64,000 nt of DNA from an uncultured delta proteobacterium (GCA_963805315.1 CAWDTQ010000015.1:516722-580721); one strand, 5' to 3'; positions 1 through 9,452 are shown, numbered from the stretch's first letter. Notes: a model not told the origin generated them from the letters alone. A program made the numbers and translations.

Positions 1-1065
1 CGACGTGGGCGCAACCTGGAAGAGGTTCTGCGCTTTCATCTCGATGGTTTCGAAAGTACGGACGTCGGCCGGAATCTTCGCGTAGATGGGCCGGGCGAGG
101 GTCTCTTCGATGGCCTTCTCGGTCAGCGGATGCGACGGGCTGTAGCGATCGAGAATGAAGAGCGGCTCAAGGGTGGTGAGGCCGAGGCGCTCGAAGAGAT
201 CTATGAATCGCCAGGCGGATCGCGCCGCCGCGATCGACTGATTAAGGACATAAAACAGAAACTCGGAACGCTCCCACGCCGCGACGCCATTTTCGTCCAC
301 GTGGTCGCCGCAATCGACGATCACGTAGTCGAACAACTGGCGCGTGAGATCGAGCACGGTGCCGACCGTGATATCGGATACCAGTTCGCCTTCTTCGATT
401 CGTTTGGGCGCGGCCAGCAAATAGACCCCGGATGAATGCTTGGTCAAGGCTGATTCGAGCTGGATCGAATCGAGTTTACGGTCTAGCCGCACCAGCGGCA
501 TGATCGTCACTTCGGGGTCGAGATTGAGAAAGACGGCCAGCCCTCCGCTCTGAAGGTCGAGATCGATCAGCGCTACGCGCTGATGCAACGACGTGAGCGC
601 CAGCGCAAGGTTGGCCGCCAGCGAGGTCACGCCGACGCCGCCGACCAGGCTGGTGACGGAAATTACCACACCGCCGTCGCGGCGCTCGGTGCGCCAGCGC
701 GCCTCGCTTACTTTGAGCAGCGCGCGAGTGGCCTCGCCCGGGTCCAGCGGCATGAACAGAATCTCGTCGGCGCCGGAGCGCAATGCCCGCTTCATCAGTA
801 CCGGCGCGCGCGCGCTGAGCACGGCGAGCAGAGTCGGACGCGGCGAATGTTGCGACTGGCTCTGGAGAAAGGTGAGCGCAGCCTCCTCGTTGCCGTTGAC
901 CATCACGAGGGTCGCGTCCGGCGGCGTGGCGGCATTTTCGGAGAGGTTGGCGGCGGTGGCGGCCTCACCCTCGATTATCTCGAGTATCGGCTCAGTCAGC
1001 GCCGCCAGCACGGTAACGATCTGGGTCCGCTGTTCACCGGGATCGCCGACCAGCATGACCTTCAT
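1..1065 (-). CDS. cpaE: Flp/Tad pilus assembly protein CpaE/TadZ (N-terminus complete, C-terminus beyond window start)
   Basis: Minus-strand translation from ATG at 1065 gives MKVMLVGDPGEQRTQIV..., a receiver-like N-domain followed by a ParA/MinD-like core (VISVTSLVGGVGVTSLAANLALAL, IDLDLQSGG, YVIVDCG). The frame stays open to position 1. It lies directly downstream of cpaC. It is not in the ORF track because it runs off the edge; the + strand ORFs 583-1120 are shadow ORFs. Confidence 0.8.
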   Translation of the reverse strand, partial: MKVMLVGDPGEQRTQIVTVLAALTEPILEIIEGEAATAANLSENAATPPDATLVMVNGNEEAALTFLQSQSQHSPRPTLLAVLSARAPVLMKRALRSGADEILFMPLDPGEATRALLKVSEARWRTERRDGGVVISVTSLVGGVGVTSLAANLALALTSLHQRVALIDLDLQSGGLAVFLNLDPEVTIMPLVRLDRKLDSIQLESALTKHSSGVYLLAAPKRIEEGELVSDITVGTVLDLTRQLFDYVIVDCGDHVDENGVAAWERSEFLFYVLNQSIAAARSAWRFIDLFERLGLTTLEPLFILDRYSPSHPLTEKAIEETLARPIYAKIPADVRTFETIEMKAQNLFQVAPTS

Positions 1066-1130
1066 CGTGCTGCGACGGCCCTCACTCTTTGATCCGATTG
1101 GCACTCGATCTTTCTCCTGAGGGAGGAGCG

Positions 1131-3020
1131 CTAGAAGCGCGGCCGGGCCGCGTCCGGCGGTTCGACGCGCCTGGTTTCTATTTCCTCCGGGGTCAGCTCG
1201 CCGCGGCTCGTAGGCAGGTATACCTGGCCGGTTGGCGGCAGCGGCCGGACTATCTCGGGCGTCACGCTCATGACGAGGTCGCTCTCTTTGTTCGACCAAT
1301 AGGTGTTACGGAAAAGACCGCTTACGTAGGGTATGTCACCCAGGTATGGCACCTTCTGCACCTGGGAGACTTTTTCATGGAGGATGAGGCCCGCGATGAT
1401 GAGAGTCTGCCGGTCCTTGAGCCGCGCCATCGTCTCCGCCCGCCGAGTTACAAACGCCGGCACGGTGAAACCGAACAGTTGTACGCCGTGAGTGTAGTCC
1501 GGCTCCGAGACCTCGGGCTTTACCAGCAGTTCAATATCGTCGCGGCCGACGACGGTCGGAATGAACTCGATCGAGGTGCCGAAAGTCTTGAAGACGATGG
1601 TAGAGTTCAGCGCCTGCGCAATCACGATCGGTATCTCGCCGCCGGAAAGAAATTTTGCCTTTTCTCCCGAGTTCGCAAGCAGATGCGGCTCGGCAAGGAC
1701 CTTGCCGAGGTTGTGCTGCTCGAGAAACTGGAAAAATCCCTGCCATGAGACGTTCGAGTTCTGGGCGGCCAGGCCATAGGTCAGGTTCGGTGACAGCAAG
1801 AGCGGAATCATCTGGCCGGCGCCGGGCAGGATTCCGCCCGGGTTTGAGGTCCCTGCCAGAGAGCCTGCGGTGCCTGAGCTCGAAAGAGTGCTGGATGCGT
1901 TGTAAGGCGTCGCGACTGCGCCCGGCAGACCGACCAGCGAGACGCCAATCTTGGTAAGCGCGACCGACAGGTTGATTCCCTGATTTTCCAGCGCAGTGCG
2001 GTCCAGCTCGGCAACGACCGTATTGAGCATCACCTGCTGGCGGCCACTGGCGTCGATTCGGACCATCCGCTCCTGGTAGCGTCCGTCGGCGTCCCAGACC
2101 GCAAGCGTCGTGAAGCCGGGCTGACGGGCGACCAGGTTGAGCTGGAAGGGATCGATAACCTGCACGTCGGCTATCTTGGAGTCGGCGACCGAGATACGCG
2201 TGACGCGGCGCTGAAAATCGAATATTTCCGAGGTGCCCATCATGAGCGATACGACCTCGGCCGGCAGGTAGTTCTTTCCTCCGGAGTTACTATCGCTAAG
2301 GTATCCCGCGCCCGAATCCAGCACCGACGGATCGTTTCGATAAAGAGCAGCGCGCGTGGACGTCGGCGCGATCGATTGGCTCGGCTCGTAGGCTTTGGCG
2401 CCGACGCCGGGTTGAGGAGGCACATTCCACGAAGAGTCGGTCTCGTAGGCAGACGATCGCGTCTTGTCGGGTATCGTCACGCTGTACGCAGAAGCCGGCG
2501 GCGAAGACTGATGCAACGACGAGATAGTCCCCAGCTGCGGCAAAGCAGCCGGCGTCGAGGGCGACGTACCGACTCCGGACCGAGAGTTCAGTCCCTCACC
2601 GCTCATCGACGGCGGCGCCTTGCCCGGAGTCAGCGGGGCGCCAGGCTTCGCCGCAGCGAACGCATTGACGTCGTAGCTAACTGCGCGATCCGAGGTGTTC
2701 GTGACCGTTACTATCCAGCGCCCTGCTTCGGCGCTCAGAATCGTGAGCTTGCCCGGCGGCGAGTCGTAAGTGACGAAGGCGTTTGGATTCTGCGCGACCT
2801 GAATCGACGGCTTGGCCCCCGGTTTGACATCATTGATCACATAGGTCTCGCCGGCATTCATCGACACCTGGATCCAATCCGTCCCATCTTTTGCCTGGGC
2901 GCGGACGGTCGCAGCACTGACCAGCAGCATCAATCCGGCAGACGCGCCGGCAGACGCGAACAATCGAAAGATTTTTACCGGCGGTAAAATGTTTGCCTGC
3001 GTAATCTTGCACAACCTCAT
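1131..3020 (-). CDS. cpaC: Tad pilus secretin CpaC/RcpA
   Basis: 629-aa ORF with an N-terminal signal peptide (…LVSAATVRAQA). The C-terminal secretin domain reads LGKVLAEPHLLANSGEKAKFLSGGEIPI…IIAGLILHE…VPYLGDIPYVSGLFR. It sits between cpaB and cpaE. Confidence 0.9.
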   Translation of the reverse strand: MRLCKITQANILPPVKIFRLFASAGASAGLMLLVSAATVRAQAKDGTDWIQVSMNAGETYVINDVKPGAKPSIQVAQNPNAFVTYDSPPGKLTILSAEAGRWIVTVTNTSDRAVSYDVNAFAAAKPGAPLTPGKAPPSMSGEGLNSRSGVGTSPSTPAALPQLGTISSLHQSSPPASAYSVTIPDKTRSSAYETDSSWNVPPQPGVGAKAYEPSQSIAPTSTRAALYRNDPSVLDSGAGYLSDSNSGGKNYLPAEVVSLMMGTSEIFDFQRRVTRISVADSKIADVQVIDPFQLNLVARQPGFTTLAVWDADGRYQERMVRIDASGRQQVMLNTVVAELDRTALENQGINLSVALTKIGVSLVGLPGAVATPYNASSTLSSSGTAGSLAGTSNPGGILPGAGQMIPLLLSPNLTYGLAAQNSNVSWQGFFQFLEQHNLGKVLAEPHLLANSGEKAKFLSGGEIPIVIAQALNSTIVFKTFGTSIEFIPTVVGRDDIELLVKPEVSEPDYTHGVQLFGFTVPAFVTRRAETMARLKDRQTLIIAGLILHEKVSQVQKVPYLGDIPYVSGLFRNTYWSNKESDLVMSVTPEIVRPLPPTGQVYLPTSRGELTPEEIETRRVEPPDAARPRF

Positions 3021-3047
3021 GGCTTCCCCCTTGTTGCCATCTGCGGT

Positions 3048-4184
3048 TCACCTGACTTCGTAAGTCTTTGGCTCAGGCACGTAACCCGGATCGCCGGGTC
3101 TGAGCGGCGCCGCCGGATTCGTATTCGTTGGCGCGATCCCGCCGCCATCGGGCTCGGTTCGGATCGCTGCCAAGCCGCGCGCGGGCGATGCGGCGAAGCT
3201 CGCGGACACTGCCGCCCTTGCCGATGAGACTGGAGATTCCGATCCGGTGGGCGGTTCCGGAGCCGGCGGCGGTTGCGGCAGCGACGCGGTCGCGTCCTCG
3301 TGATGCACTTGAGTCAGCGAATGCGCTCCCATTCCGGAATTGATAAAGGAAATCGCTTCCGACGACTTGCCATCGCGCAGCACCTCGACCCGCAGTGGCG
3401 TTGGTCCATGCGCCGGACGTGGGCCGAGCGCCGGCTGTATCTGCATCACGGGCAAGGTCGAGCCGACCGCGGCGCCCTCGTGCAAAAGGTCGGTTAAAGC
3501 GATTCCCCTGGTCGAGACGATCTTGGCGTCGCTGTAGTTGCGCATCGCCAGCCGCAGCATTCCTTCGCGGCTCGCGAGGGTAAGTTTTTCGGCCTCGACG
3601 GGAGTCACCAGCAGGGTCACGACCTTCACTACTTGAGGCTCGTCCTTGACGCGTTCGATCTCCTGAGCAACGGCAAGAACCTCGATGTTCTGGAGAACGA
3701 TCCGCGAGAAAGACGCCTCGCCCGGCCCGGTGCCGGAGACGGCGACCAGAATATCCACGCGCGTGTGCGGCTCGACAAACCCGGCGATATCCGCGACCTC
3801 GTCCACCGGCACCGACATCGCGCGCATCCCGGGCGGAATCAGCAGCGGCATCACGCCGGAGACTTTTTCGCCCATGAACAGCATGCTTGCGACCACCGGC
3901 TCATTGGCGACGAACTGGGCTTTGGCGAACGAGCCAGCGACCGCCTGCGGATCGGTGAACGCACCCTGCGGCATGCTGTCGCGCGACCAGTGTGCGAGTT
4001 TGACGTCGGCCGGCTCGAGTTTCGCGCCCAGCGGTATATCCTTGGCCGCGACCACGACTTCGACCGTATGCGCCATCGCGCGCTGGACTTCGGTCTCGCG
4101 TTTTCTGATTGCAGAGAAGACCACGATCGCAGCCAGCACCGCGCCCATTCCTGCAAGGATTACGAACACTATCGGTCGGTTCAT
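3048..4184 (-). CDS. cpaB: Flp pilus assembly protein CpaB/RcpC
   Basis: 378 aa with an N-terminal TM anchor (MNRPIVFVILAGMGAVLAAIVVF). SAF-like segment: VVVAAKDIPLGAKLEPADV. RcpC-like segment: RAMSVPVDEVADIAGFVEPHTRVDILV…IEVLAV. The C-terminal tail is Pro/Ala-rich. Confidence 0.9.
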   Translation of the reverse strand: MNRPIVFVILAGMGAVLAAIVVFSAIRKRETEVQRAMAHTVEVVVAAKDIPLGAKLEPADVKLAHWSRDSMPQGAFTDPQAVAGSFAKAQFVANEPVVASMLFMGEKVSGVMPLLIPPGMRAMSVPVDEVADIAGFVEPHTRVDILVAVSGTGPGEASFSRIVLQNIEVLAVAQEIERVKDEPQVVKVVTLLVTPVEAEKLTLASREGMLRLAMRNYSDAKIVSTRGIALTDLLHEGAAVGSTLPVMQIQPALGPRPAHGPTPLRVEVLRDGKSSEAISFINSGMGAHSLTQVHHEDATASLPQPPPAPEPPTGSESPVSSARAAVSASFAASPARGLAAIRTEPDGGGIAPTNTNPAAPLRPGDPGYVPEPKTYEVR

Positions 4185-4365
4185 CTACGCCCCCAATATT
4201 TTCGCGACCCGCCCGCGCGGTCCCCCATCGGGCAGAGTCCAATCGCTTACACCTTCATTGCGACCCGGCGTCGCGCGCTCCTTTCGATCCGGACCAGGTC
4301 GGAACTACCTTGAGTCCAGTTTTCCTCGCATCGATCCGTCACTTCCTGCGCCACCTCTCATTTGC

Positions 4366-4391
4366 GCGGCGGGGCACTCGGTCCCCGCCGC
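4366..4391 (-). terminator. GC-rich hairpin downstream of flp (possible attenuator/terminator between pilin and machinery genes)
   Basis: 9-bp perfect stem, gcggcgggg (4366-4374) pairing with ccccgccgc (4383-4391), with an 8-nt loop. It lies 50 nt after the flp stop on the minus strand. No U-tract follows. Confidence 0.3.
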
Positions 4392-4439
4392 CTAATCCGC
4401 GCGCCTGAATCCAGCTTCGCGGAGTTTTGGGGGCTGTTC

Positions 4440-4619
4440 TTACGCTCCCGACAGAGTCGCGGTCACGTTGGCGATGATCGTGTTGATACCGCCTTCGAGG
4501 CCCTGGTATGCGAGGTATCCAGCCACCGCGATTGCCGCGATAATCAGTACGTATTCAGTCATCGTCTGGCCCGTCTGGTTCCCGCGGACGAGGACAACGA
4601 GTTTGTCGACCAGTTTCAT
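4440..4619 (-). CDS. flp: Flp/Fap family type IVb pilin (copy 1)
   Basis: 59-aa minus-strand ORF, below the ORF-track length cut-off: MKLVDKLVVLVRGNQTGQTMTEYVLIIAAIAVAGYLAYQGLEGGINTIIANVTATLSGA. It has the Flp prepilin motif G/xxxxEY followed by a hydrophobic helix. ATG at 4619, TAA at 4440-4442. Confidence 0.85.
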   Translation of the reverse strand: MKLVDKLVVLVRGNQTGQTMTEYVLIIAAIAVAGYLAYQGLEGGINTIIANVTATLSGA

Positions 4620-4678
4620 TGTTGATGTCCCTCCTCATCGTTTTTGCTCAAACGACTTGTTAGCGAAGACCAGTGGCC

Positions 4679-4858
4679 CTATGCGCCCCTCAGAGTCGCG
4701 GTCACGTTGGAGATGATCGTGTTGATACCGCCTTCGAGGCCCTGGTATGCGAGGTATCCAGCCACGGCGATTGCCGCGATGATCAGTACGTACTCAGTCA
4801 TCGTCTGGCCCGCTTTGCTTTCGCGGATTCCAACAATGAGTTTGTTGATGTAGTTCAT
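4679..4858 (-). CDS. flp: Flp/Fap family type IVb pilin (copy 2)
   Basis: 59-aa minus-strand ORF: MNYINKLIVGIRESKAGQTMTEYVLIIAAIAVAGYLAYQGLEGGINTIISNVTATLRGA. An AAGGAGG RBS lies 9 nt upstream. ATG at 4858, TAG at 4679-4681. Confidence 0.85.
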   Translation of the reverse strand: MNYINKLIVGIRESKAGQTMTEYVLIIAAIAVAGYLAYQGLEGGINTIISNVTATLRGA

Positions 4859-4919
4859 TATTGATGTCCTCCTTTGCGCGTTGTGTCAGCGCAATCGATT
4901 CGTCTCACTGAGCTTCAAG

Positions 4920-4935
4920 TGCAGCAGTCATGCCA
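4920..4935 (-). promoter_or_regulatory. Sigma-54 (-24/-12) type promoter upstream of flp copy 2
   Basis: The minus strand reads TGGCATGACTGCTGCA against the consensus TGGCACG-N4-TTGCW. The GG and GC dinucleotides have the correct 10-nt spacing, with only 2 mismatches at non-core positions. It lies about 62 nt upstream of the flp ATG. Confidence 0.5.
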
Positions 4936-5105
4936 GCGGAGGCTCCGAGCGAAAGTCGACGTAGGCCACCAGAGAGGATCGGCCACGCGAATGTGAGCCC
5001 GCCCTGTCGCATCGCGGTACATCGGATGATTCAGTCGCCGACGCAGCCCCCGTCCGTCATCTTCAAGGCTAGGCAATCGGCTGCTGCCTTTGGCATAATC
5101 GGGCC

Positions 5106-6038
5106 ATGCTTCGCTGCCGCCGCACCTCTTGCCTGCCCCTTCCTCTTATGTGGATTGCGGCGCGAGCGGCGTTCGCGATCGCCGTTGCCGTGGGACTATC
5201 GGCTTGCGCTCCGTCAGCACTCAGCGCGGCGCGTAGCCAAATAGCGGTCGGCAATTATCCGGCGGCCCGGCAAGAACTTGTCGCTCTCTCCTCACGCACC
5301 GACTTGAGCGCCAGCGAGCGACGCGAGGTGAAGGACGATCTCTGTCAGTGCGATTTCATGATCGGCCGCCCGACGTACACCTTGGCCGAGCAGCGCGGCG
5401 TCTGCATCGACGCGTCGAAGGAGCCGGGCAGCCAAAGCAGCTCGATTATCGCGCAAATCGACGAGGCCGAGCGTCGCAAGGACGCCGATGAGGTCGAAGC
5501 GGCACTTTCCGCTCATGACCTGGCCAGCGCCGAACGCGCCGCCACCGACTATCAGAGGTCGCCGGGAGGCGATCCTGCGACTGTTGCTCGATGGTCGAAG
5601 CAAATCTGGACGTTGGCAGACGCGCAGGTGTTCGCCGAGACCTCGCGCAAGCATTCGCTCGCCCCCGCAATCTCCGAGGCGCGCAAGAACCATCCCAGCG
5701 TCCGGAAAATGGACAACACCCAATTCACCCAATGGGTCGTCAAGACGGCGACGGTCTCCGGTACTGCGCTGGTGGTCAGCGTCGAGCTGAAAGACTCCAC
5801 ACTTAAGCTGTCCATCGACGACGCCAACCTGCAGCTCGCCGCGCTCAGTCTCGACAAGCTCGCCACGATAAACGACGGAATGGCCGCGCGATGCGGCTGC
5901 GACGCGCGCACCAACGTAGCAGTCGCCGAGACCGGCTTCCCCGCCTACTTCATAAGGCTGGATCCCGAGACTCGAATGTCCGAAGTGATGATCCTGCCGC
6001 GCGGCGATCGCGCAGTCCTCTCGACCGCTTCGAACTAG
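5106..6038 (+). CDS. Hypothetical lipoprotein
   Basis: 310-aa ORF with a signal peptide and lipobox (…IAVAVGLSAC). I recognise no family. Its last ~16 codons are repeated at 10310-10366. Confidence 0.6.
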   Translation: MLRCRRTSCLPLPLMWIAARAAFAIAVAVGLSACAPSALSAARSQIAVGNYPAARQELVALSSRTDLSASERREVKDDLCQCDFMIGRPTYTLAEQRGVCIDASKEPGSQSSSIIAQIDEAERRKDADEVEAALSAHDLASAERAATDYQRSPGGDPATVARWSKQIWTLADAQVFAETSRKHSLAPAISEARKNHPSVRKMDNTQFTQWVVKTATVSGTALVVSVELKDSTLKLSIDDANLQLAALSLDKLATINDGMAARCGCDARTNVAVAETGFPAYFIRLDPETRMSEVMILPRGDRAVLSTASN

Positions 6039-6046
6039 GCCGCTCG
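5990..6046. repeat. 57-bp direct repeat, copy A (3' end of lipoprotein gene)
   Basis: gatcctgccgcgcggcgatcgc…accgcttcgaac.aggccg.tcg matches 10310-10366 at 50 of 57 positions by hand count. Confidence 0.7.
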
Positions 6047-6168
6047 GCTGGTGTCGAACCGACGCTTAATCCGTTCGCGTTAGAAAACGTCCCGAAGTAA
6101 GATCGCCCATTTCTGGAAATTTGAGCGTGAGAGTCCCACGACGACTGCCATGAAGGAGAACGGAAATC

Positions 6169-6744
6169 ATGCCGACCGTAGCAGAGAGCTTGACAGCGAC
6201 GCTCGCCGCGGTCGGCGTTAAAAGAATCTACGGAATTGTCGGCGATTCGCTCAACAGGATCACCGACGCGATGCGCCGACAGAAAACCATCGAATGGATC
6301 CATGTCCGCCACTGCGTTCAGTTCGAGGATTGGGCCGGAGTCGACGCTGTACGACTGCTAGCCCGCTATCGTGAACGGATTTGCAGTTTCAATGACGATG
6401 TCCGAGGCACCGCTGCAGTTGCGCTTGCCGGAATTCTGGGAGCGTTGCGCATAACCGGCCGGAAGCTTTCCGAGCAGACTGTCTTGTTCCTCGGTGCGGG
6501 TTCAGCGGGCACCGGCATCGCGGAGCTGTTGACGCAAACCATAACGCTCGAAGGAATTTCGCCCGAAAAGGCCCGCACTCATACCTGGCTGTTCGATGTT
6601 AACGGGTTGCTGGAATCAAGCCGTAATGACCTTGCAGATTTCCAGAAGCCGTACGCACATCCACATGCTCCAGTGAAGAATTTCGTCGAAGGATACGTGG
6701 CCCACTCAAGAGACTACCACCACCCTCGTATTCAGGTTTCTTGA
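6169..6744 (+). pseudogene. Chimeric gene remnant: pyruvate oxidase/dehydrogenase (TPP enzyme) N-terminus fused to an internal NAD-malic-enzyme fragment
   Basis: The first ~48 aa (MPTVAESLTATLAAVGVKRIYGIVGDSLNRITDAMRRQKTIEWIHVRH) are PoxB-like TPP_enzyme_N. The rest (VQFEDWAGVDAVRLLARYRERICSFNDDVRGTAAVALAGILGALRITGRKLSEQTVLFLGAGSAGTGIAELL…) is the NAD-binding core of an SfcA-type malic enzyme. Neither enzyme is complete. Confidence 0.7.
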
Positions 6745-6756
6745 AGGAGTAGTCAG

Positions 6757-7522
6757 ATGGGAAATTTTGTTGTAACGGCCCGAGAGTCCCGTGCGCAGAC
6801 CAGGCAATCGGCGGGGCGGTCTGTGCCGGTGCCCACCAACAGAATAGCCATGATTTGGGACTCGGCGATCGGCAAGAAGGTCGTCATGGCGGTCACCGGC
6901 ATCGTTCTGGTCGGCTTCGTGATCGTCCACATGCTCGGCAATCTGAAGATTTTCGCCGGTCCCGACGAGATCAACGCCTACTCGCGATTCCTGCGGACGG
7001 TAGGCCAGCCCGAACTTGGCTATGGTGATGCGCTGTGGGTAGTTCGGATCGTCCTGCTCACCTGCGTGACGCTTCACATCACCGCCGCCTATCCAACTAA
7101 CGCGCATGAACTGGGCTGGCGAGCCGGTCGGATACGAAACCAAAGAGAGTATCGAGACGACTTTCGCCGCGCTCATGATGCGCTGGGGCGGCGTGCTTCT
7201 CGTCGATTTTCATTATTTTTCATATCGCGCATTTCACGCTGGGCGCGGTCGGGTTCAAGGCAGGACAGTTCAAAGACTGCCGTTTACCAAAACGTGATGG
7301 CCGGGTTCGCGGTATGGCCCGTCGCAGCTGTTCTACATCGTGGCGATGGGCGCGCTGTGCCTCCATCTCGACCACGGAATCTGGAGCATGCTGCAAACGC
7401 TCGGCTGGAGCACCGCCCGCAACACGAGGACGCTTAAGATCCTTTCACGGGTCATTGCCGTCGTCGTGTTTGTGGGATTCATATCCGTTCCGGTTGCGGT
7501 GATGACTGGTCTGGTGCACTAA
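6757..7522 (+). pseudogene. sdhC: Succinate dehydrogenase/fumarate reductase cytochrome b subunit (b558 family), frameshifted as sequenced
   Basis: Family-like segments are SAIGKKVVMAVTGIVLVGFVIVHMLGNLKIF, …PVGYETKESIETTFAALMMRWGG, VYQNVMAGFAVWP and ALCLHLDHGIWSMLQTLGW. They lie in alternating frames (1>2>1>2), which implies at least 3 frameshifts. An AGGAG RBS precedes the ATG at 6757. Confidence 0.8.
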
Positions 7523-7535
7523 CTTGGAGGCGAAC

Positions 7536-9450
7536 ATGTTGGAAGCCAGGATCCACAGGTGCCGATCGAGCAGCAGTGGGACAGATGTCGCTTCGAGATG
7601 AAACTGGTGAACCCGCTAACCGCCGCAAGCACTCGATCATAGTGGTGGGCGCAGGTCTGGCTGGCGCGGCGGCCGCCGCCACTCTCGGCCAGCAAGGCTA
7701 TCACGTCCAATGCTTTTCCTATCACGACACTCCACGCCGCGCGCACTCGATCGCCGCCCAGGGAGGGATCAACGCCGCCAAGAACTACCGCAACGACGGC
7801 GACAGCGTCTTCCGCCTCTTCTAAGGACACGGTGAAAGGCGGCGATTTTCGCGCGCGCGAAGCCAACGTCTATCGCCTCGCGCAAATCAGCCTCAACATA
7901 ATCGACCAATGCGTGGCGCAGGGCGTGCCGTTTGCGCAGCGAGTACGGCGGACTTCTCGACACGCGCTCGTTCGGCGGCGTGCAGGTCCAACGAACTTTT
8001 TACGCGCGAGGTCAGACGGGACAGCAGCTGTTGCTGGGGGCTTACCAGGCCTTGGAAGAGCAGTTGGCGGCCGGCACGCGTGACAATGCACATCCGCAGC
8101 GAACTGCTCGACGTGGTGATCGTCGATGGCAGAGCGCGCGGCATAGTGACGCGCGACCTGGTGACCGGGCAACATCGAGTGTCACGCCGCCGACGTAGTT
8201 GTGCTGGCAACGGGAGGATACTCCAACGTCTTCTATCTGTCGACCAACGCGAAGGCGTGCAACTGCACCGCCATCTGGCGCGCCCACCGCCGCGGCGCGC
8301 TGTTCGGGAATCCATGCTTCACCCAGATTCATCCGACTTGTATCCCGTTGAGCAGCGAGCATCAGTCCAAGCTGACGCTGATGTCGGAGTCGCTGCGAAA
8401 TGATGGACGCGTATGGGTGCCCAAGAAAAAGGGTGAAACGCGCGCTCCGAAGGATATCCCGGAAAACGAGCGCGACTACTATCTGGAGAGCCGGTACCCG
8501 AGCTTTCGGCAACCTCGTACCCCGCGACGTCGCATCGCGAAACGCCAAGGAAGTGTGCGATGAAGGCCGCGGCGTCGGGCCGCACGGGCAGGGCGTCTAC
8601 CTGGATTTCGCGGATGCCATTCACCGGCTCGGTCTGGAAACGGTTCGCGAGAAGTACGGCAACCTGTTCGACATTTACGAGCGGATCACAGGGGAGGATG
8701 CGTACACCGTGCCAATGCGGATCTATCCCGCTCCCCACTACACGATGGGCGGGCTGTGGGTGGACTACCACCTGATGTCGACCATCCCGGGGCTGTTCGT
8801 CGGCGGGTGAAGCGAACTTCTCCGATCACGGCGCCAACCGGCTCGGCGCCAGCGCGCTCATGCAAGGTCTCGCCGATGGCTACTTCGTTCTGCCGGCCAC
8901 CGTGCCCGACTACCTGGCAGCAACCAAATTGGATCCTGTGGATGTCTCGCATCCTGCGTTCGCGGCAGCCACGGCCGAAGTCGAGGAGCGCATCGAAAAG
9001 CTCCTTGCGATCAAGGGCAAACGCAGCCCCGATTCGTTCCATAGAGAACTCGGCAAAATTATGTGGGATGACTGCGGCATGGCCCGCTCAGATGCCGGAC
9101 TGCGCAAGGCGCTCGCCAGAATCCCGGAATTGCGCGAAGAGTTCTGGCACAACCTTCGTATCGTCGGCAGCGGGCGAGGAATTGAACCAGGCTCTCGAGA
9201 AGGCGAACCGCATTTCCGACTTTCTCGAACTCGCCGAACTCATGTGTATCGACGCGTTAGACCGCACAGAGTCGTGCGGCGGCCATTTCCGCGTGGAGAG
9301 CCAGACACCCGAGGGTGAGGCGAAACGAGACGACGCGAATTTCTCCTACACGGCGGCCTGGGAGTGGAAAGGGTTGGGTCAAGCGCCCGCCCTTCACAAG
9401 GAACCGCTCACCTTCGAGTACGTTCCCTCTCGCAAAGGAGTTACAAGTAG
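7536..9450 (+). pseudogene. sdhA: Succinate dehydrogenase/fumarate reductase flavoprotein subunit, about 10 frameshifts as sequenced
   Basis: Motifs are spread over all three frames: [87 protein letters not shown] and ESCGGHFR. Frame joins fall near 7553, 7615, 7822, 7938, 8079, 8173, 8507, 8807, 9173 and 9426. Confidence 0.85.
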
Positions 9451-9452
9451 CC

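Noticed and set aside
583-1120. Plus-strand ORFs of 169 and 175 aa (also 130-435) at the window start
   Set aside because: They are Arg/Ala-rich shadow ORFs antisense to a clearly CpaE/TadZ-like minus-strand frame, as is typical of high-GC DNA.
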